Of a DNA stretch of 64,000 nt, positions 59,568 to 64,000 are shown piece after piece. A program made the position numbers and the translations under genes. Numbering within the stretch: position 1 is the first letter of the stretch; every line of letters begins with the position of its first letter. Source of the stretch: Vulcanisaeta sp. AZ3 (GTDB lineage: Archaea > Thermoproteota > Thermoprotei > Thermoproteales > Thermocladiaceae); NCBI GenBank assembly GCA_000960865.2, contig JZWU02000004.1, positions 1 to 64,000 on the forward strand. The letters are read 5' to 3'. The notes beneath the pieces were generated by a model. It saw nothing but the letters and a program-made list of their open reading frames with translations, ran no database searches and was not told the origin of the DNA.

Positions 59568-60233
59568 TTGAAGAAGGCCATAATAATTAGTGCGAATAAT
59601 GTTAGTATTGAAGTAGCTAGGATACTCAGTAATAATGATTATGAGGTTTCAATAGTCGATAATGATGAACAATTATGTGAGAAAGCCTACAAGGTTCTTA
59701 AGTCGAAGGCGCTAATTTATAGGGGAGATCCTCGAAGTGCTGATGTACTTAATGATGTTGGTATTGATAAAGCAGAGATTTTATTAGCGCTTTCGAGTAA
59801 TGATGATATAAATTACGAAGCCTGTAAGATCGCCAAAGAGAGTGGTGTTCCTTTTGTGATTGCTAGGGTCAATGACAAGAGTAAAGAGGATTTATTTAAG
59901 GAGTTAAATGTAGAGGTAATAAGTGTTGAGGACATTATTACAAGTAAAATTGGGGACCAAGTGCTTAGTAAATTCACGGAACAGCTACTTACAGATCAAT
60001 CTTCAGGACTTTCCTTCGTAAAGATAAGGATTAGGGAGAACTCAGAGGTCATAGGTTTAAAGGTAGGAGATTTAGTGAGCACCTATGATGTTGCAATACC
60101 ATACATAGTAACTTCTGGTGGTGTCATTAAGCCTGACAATGAGCATGTAATTGAGAGTAACATGGAACTCGTTGTCGTAGGCCCCCTGGACCATGTTGAA
60201 AACTTAATTAAGAGAATAATCGGTGAAGCATGA
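59568..60233 (+). CDS. trkA: TrkA/KtrA-type RCK domain protein
   Basis: GDPRSADVL..GIDKAE, DDINY, IARV, RCK-C tail; GxGxxG degenerate. Confidence 0.8.
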   Translation: MKKAIIISANNVSIEVARILSNNDYEVSIVDNDEQLCEKAYKVLKSKALIYRGDPRSADVLNDVGIDKAEILLALSSNDDINYEACKIAKESGVPFVIARVNDKSKEDLFKELNVEVISVEDIITSKIGDQVLSKFTEQLLTDQSSGLSFVKIRIRENSEVIGLKVGDLVSTYDVAIPYIVTSGGVIKPDNEHVIESNMELVVVGPLDHVENLIKRIIGEA

Positions 60234-60234
60234 A

Positions 60235-61023
60235 CTATTCATTATTCTCAACACTACCATACCTTTCCTTATTTTTCGCGAATAATTCAAAGGCCTTATT
60301 AAGTATGGAATACTTAACGTCGTCAATAGTTCTTAAATCTTTATATATACCCCTCGCAATTAATTCCACATACTTATCCTCAATGGCTGCAATATCAACA
60401 TGCGGATCCTCAATACCTTGATCCTTCATGTACTCATTTAATTCCTCACGTAAATCATCAATGAGCACGCCATCCTTAGGTACCTTAAACGGGATCCTAA
60501 CCTCAATACCTTCGGTAGGTGATACCTTCCTAATCATGTTCTTCATAAGTAGGGTATACGGTACATAAATAAGTTCATTACGTGAGTTCCTAATCACTAG
60601 TCCTAGTGATGTTTGTTTAATCACGTAACCCTTAATGCCCATGACCTCTACATGATCACCAATATCCAATGAGTAATCCCTAATGAGCCTACTTATCTTA
60701 CCTGTAAAATACTCCTCAATTATTGGTCTCATACCTATTATTAAAATGACAGCAACAATTATGAGCAGGGCACCAACAATTAAATATTGCCCATACACAT
60801 AGGCTATGGCTGATAATATAATTACAGCCAATATAATTCTAAAAATAAACCTCGCATTCTCAACATCACCCTTCCTACTAAGTTTAATGAAGACCTTAAT
60901 TATCCTACCAAAGACATAATCAAGTAGAAAATATATCGCAATCGCCGTAATTATCACAATTAAGGCAGTCTCTATCGAGTAAAGGATACCTCCAGGAATC
61001 AAGCCATTAATCTCGATAATCAT
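60235..61023 (-). CDS. mscS: MscS-family mechanosensitive channel
   Basis: 3 TM then IGDHVEV..IKGYV...IYVPY. Confidence 0.8.
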   Translation of the reverse strand: MIIEINGLIPGGILYSIETALIVIITAIAIYFLLDYVFGRIIKVFIKLSRKGDVENARFIFRIILAVIILSAIAYVYGQYLIVGALLIIVAVILIIGMRPIIEEYFTGKISRLIRDYSLDIGDHVEVMGIKGYVIKQTSLGLVIRNSRNELIYVPYTLLMKNMIRKVSPTEGIEVRIPFKVPKDGVLIDDLREELNEYMKDQGIEDPHVDIAAIEDKYVELIARGIYKDLRTIDDVKYSILNKAFELFAKNKERYGSVENNE

Positions 61024-61076
61024 ATGTTACTAAACCATATGGCTACAATCTCTTTAAAAACCTAAATTAACTTAAG

Positions 61077-61511
61077 CTAATGAACAACCAACACAGGTCT
61101 ATTCGCATACCTAATCACCTTCTCTGACACGGAGCCAAGTAGGAACCTCGTTAAACCCCTCAATCCTCTAGAGCCGACAATTATCATATCCACACCAAGT
61201 CTATTAGCTACATTTATTATAGTATCAGCAGCATCAGCGCCAGTCTCGAGGAGCCCCTCGGCATCAACACCCATGCTTCTTGCATATTCAAGCGACCTAT
61301 TTAATATATCCCTACCTTGTCTCTCCATGGTCTCTATTAATGATGGATATATTGCTGAATCCTGAGCTACTACTACCTTACTCTCCTCAATCACATGTAG
61401 TATATAGAGCTTTGCATTGAATATCTTGGTAATGCTTATCGCATATTCAAGTGCCTTTTCTCCAGCCTTTGATCCATCAACACCAACCAGTATTTTAGAT
61501 ATTAATTGCAT
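61077..61511 (-). CDS. Universal stress protein
   Basis: ILVGVDGS, IIVGSRG..LLGSVSEKV..PVLVV. Confidence 0.95.
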   Translation of the reverse strand: MQLISKILVGVDGSKAGEKALEYAISITKIFNAKLYILHVIEESKVVVAQDSAIYPSLIETMERQGRDILNRSLEYARSMGVDAEGLLETGADAADTIINVANRLGVDMIIVGSRGLRGLTRFLLGSVSEKVIRYANRPVLVVH

Positions 61512-61714
61512 TAATTAAATGACACATAAACTAAATAAAAGCTTAACCTTAGTCATTGTCTTAATTTTGGCAAAATTTAATTCTTACCACTTTTATCACA
61601 ATCTCGCAATTTTCCATTTTACGCATCCAAGACAAATTAATGATCGCATCTTCGGCTAAATGTTATCTCACTGGAAGATGTCTCCCATCCCTAGAATTCA
61701 TATTTAACTTTAAA

Positions 61715-62431
61715 TTAAAGCCTTTGGTTGTAGATACTGTAGGTAGTGCATATAGGCTTTAGTTCGCATCTCATGCATAATGATATGTTCGGTGGTTTAG
61801 TCGGCCATCCTTGGAATGATTCGATTGCTTTCAACTCGTTTAAGACCCCCTGGTACTCTCTCCTTAATCCCATTATTGGTAGGGGCTTAACCTCCCTCAT
61901 TGTGACTAAGTAAGCCTCTCTAATCTGTATACCTGCCTCCTCGAGCATGAATATATATGAAGTAACCTGCTTTAGGTATCTCTTTTCCCTATCCTCATCT
62001 AGATTCCATGAACTCTTTAATTCAATTAATCCCCAAATCTCATCATCATCGAACTCCCGCATATAGACAATATCAGCCCTACCCGAGGTGTCTGCAGTTT
62101 CTATTCCACTTTCAACCTCAACATGGACCCTTGGATTAACAATCCTAAACCACTCCTGGTACAAATCATGGATGGCCCTACCCCTAGCTAGGTTCCTCAA
62201 GCCGTCCATGTTTGTTATTGTGCCATATCTAAGCTTAATTAATGATTTTACAATGCAATCATAGCTGAATATGGATGGTGTTGCCCTACCCGTGGGTCTA
62301 TCCACGAGGTACAACCCATCGCCTATCACCTGGGCAGTACGCATCATTTCTTCTAAGTAATCCTCAGTCTTTCTGCTAATCTCATCTCTGCTAAGAACCT
62401 CAGCAATCGGCTTAATCACTAACTTAACCAT
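61715..62431 (-). CDS. Stand-alone Cas4-like PD-(D/E)XK exonuclease
   Basis: N-terminal Cys (YDC), RGRAIH, GRADIV, IELKS, QVTSY, C-terminal CMRCELKPIC. Confidence 0.78.
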   Translation of the reverse strand: MVKLVIKPIAEVLSRDEISRKTEDYLEEMMRTAQVIGDGLYLVDRPTGRATPSIFSYDCIVKSLIKLRYGTITNMDGLRNLARGRAIHDLYQEWFRIVNPRVHVEVESGIETADTSGRADIVYMREFDDDEIWGLIELKSSWNLDEDREKRYLKQVTSYIFMLEEAGIQIREAYLVTMREVKPLPIMGLRREYQGVLNELKAIESFQGWPTKPPNISLCMRCELKPICTTYSIYNQRL

Positions 62432-62517
62432 TTGCCAGAGGATCCTATATTTAACTCACTTATAAAGTCAAAACTCATTATAAGTATTTAAAGTAGTGAA
62501 TCTCCATAGGGTATGTT

Positions 62518-63501
62518 ATGGTATACGTGGGTGTTGATGTCGGCGCCACATACATAAGGGTTGGATTAATTAACAATGAGGGTAGTGTTATTAGTAAAGT
62601 TAAGACTAGTCAGCCGTCTAATGGTAATGAGAATACAGTTGCGGAGGTAATAATTAAGCTAATAAAAAGCCTAGTGGGTTCTGAAAGGATTGATGGTATT
62701 GGCATTGGTTCAATAGGCCCCCTTGACCTGAGGGAGGGTATTGTCCCGCATGCACCGAATGCGTCAATTAAGAGTTTTAAACTCGTGGAACCTATAATTA
62801 GGGAGCTTAAGGTGCCTGTGGTACTTGGTAACGATGCCATGGCAGCTGCATGGGGTGAGTATGTATTCGGCATTGGTAAGGGTATGGAGAACCTCGTATA
62901 CGTAACCTTCAGCACTGGGATAGGTGCTGGAGTCATAGTTGATGGTCACTTACTAGTTGGTAAGGATGGCAATGCCCATGAGATAGGCCACCTCGTCCTT
63001 GATGTGAATTCAGAATTACAATGTGGTTGTGGAGGTTACGGTCATTGGGAGGCATTGGGGTCAGGTGCCAACGTGCCTAAGGTAATTAGGGAATTCGTAA
63101 AGGGTAAGGTGTACTCGTCAAGCCTTTACGAGAAGCTAATGAGGAGTGAGTTAGTCACCACGGAGAATGTTTTCAAGGCTTATTACGATGGTGATGAGTT
63201 AGCAAGGGATTTCATAGATAACTTCCTTATGAGGATACACGCTGCTGGGTTGGCATCTGTCATGAATGCCTACGACCCAGAGCTCGTGATTTTAGGTGGC
63301 TCGATGGCGCTCAATAATCAAGAATTATTTAGGAGGGGTATTGAGAAGTACTTAGGTAGGTATTTAACTGTTAGGGCAGCTAGAATTGAATTCACAAAAT
63401 TCGGTGATGATATAGGCATAATAGGTGGTGCAGCTCTCGTGAAAAGAATTCCAGATTCTTTAAGGAGCTTCGTAGAATCCTACAGTAAATACATATCCTA
63501 A
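62518..63501 (+). CDS. glk: ROK family sugar kinase (glucokinase/hexokinase)
   Basis: GVDVGAT, NDAMAAAWGE, STGIGAG, HEIGH, CGCGGYGHWE. Confidence 0.9.
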   Translation: MVYVGVDVGATYIRVGLINNEGSVISKVKTSQPSNGNENTVAEVIIKLIKSLVGSERIDGIGIGSIGPLDLREGIVPHAPNASIKSFKLVEPIIRELKVPVVLGNDAMAAAWGEYVFGIGKGMENLVYVTFSTGIGAGVIVDGHLLVGKDGNAHEIGHLVLDVNSELQCGCGGYGHWEALGSGANVPKVIREFVKGKVYSSSLYEKLMRSELVTTENVFKAYYDGDELARDFIDNFLMRIHAAGLASVMNAYDPELVILGGSMALNNQELFRRGIEKYLGRYLTVRAARIEFTKFGDDIGIIGGAALVKRIPDSLRSFVESYSKYIS

Positions 63502-63589
63502 GTGTCAGTAGAAGGCCAGGTCAATGATGTGCTTAGTTGTAATACGGCTAGAAAGATACTTCAAGACCGGAGTTCATTGAGGTGATGGC

Positions 63590-63955
63590 ATGTATAAGCA
63601 AGTAATTATTGTTAGGTCTGACCTAAACATGTCTTGCGGTAAGACTGCAGCTCAGGTTGCCCACGGCTCCGTGGGTGTGGTTCTCAGAATACTCAATGAG
63701 GGTAGGAGAGATTGGATGATGTGGTTTAAGGCTTGGGAGTCTTCAGGGCAGAAGAAGATAGTGCTTATTGTTGATTCATTAAATGAACTATTAGCGCTTA
63801 AGGAGAAGGCTGATAAGCTTGGGCTACCGAGCTTTCTAGTTGAGGATGCAGGGCTTACGGAACTACCACCAGGAACAATAACAGTACTCGCCGTAGGGCC
63901 AGGGCCTGAGGATCTTATTAATAAGGTGAGTGGTTCATTAAAGCTATTGAGGTAA
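63590..63955 (+). CDS. pth2: Peptidyl-tRNA hydrolase Pth2
   Basis: [37 protein letters not shown]. Confidence 0.96.
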   Translation: MYKQVIIVRSDLNMSCGKTAAQVAHGSVGVVLRILNEGRRDWMMWFKAWESSGQKKIVLIVDSLNELLALKEKADKLGLPSFLVEDAGLTELPPGTITVLAVGPGPEDLINKVSGSLKLLR

Positions 63956-64000
63956 TTGCAATGAGTAGGACTAGTATCTTTAGAAATATAATGAATAGAG

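Noticed and set aside
61512-62517. CRISPR locus around the Cas4-like gene
   Set aside because: No repeat-spacer array or other cas genes in the window
746-62949. Many short antisense ORFs in the track (e.g. 6852-7400, 8017-8520, 13483-14031, 30733-31254)
   Set aside because: They lie opposite well-supported genes, are Ser/Pro/Ile-rich as expected for codon shadows, and show no motifs
63502-63589. ATGATG-containing gap as C/D sRNA or micro-ORF
   Set aside because: No proper D/D' boxes; the 18-codon ORF has no supporting features
63961-64000. Start of the next CDS (MSRTSIFRNIMNR)
   Set aside because: Only 13 codons are visible, too few to call

Overview
Chromosomal core region of a hyperthermophilic crenarchaeon. 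Reverse gyrase, GatE, aIF-1A, NMD3, RIO1, L19e, GAPN and scattered ribosomal and ATPase genes point to Thermoproteales, most likely Vulcanisaeta (inference from gene content). About 60 protein genes and one intronless tRNA-Gly(TCC) are present; there is no CRISPR array, rRNA or recognisable mobile element. Main points of interest: (1) a ~9.3 kb redox cluster (four-subunit 2-oxoacid:ferredoxin oxidoreductase, 1131-aa HdrA-HdrA-ferredoxin-MvhD fusion, HdrC/D-like protein, EtfA, EtfB) lying between the usually adjacent aIF-1A and RIO1 genes, a candidate electron-bifurcating module; (2) a KaiC-like ATPase with Tyr/Gln/Asn-rich prion-like tails at both ends; (3) three box C/D sRNAs absent from the ORF track, one guide fitting tRNA Cm56; (4) apparent pseudoenzymes (AEP/primase-like, DsbA-like without CxxC, IorA-like); (5) a 57-aa zinc-finger microprotein missing from the ORF track; (6) a decayed feoAB locus and single-base homopolymer frameshifts in nrdJ, an ABC permease and feoA. 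All calls come from motif recognition by eye; no database searches were run.
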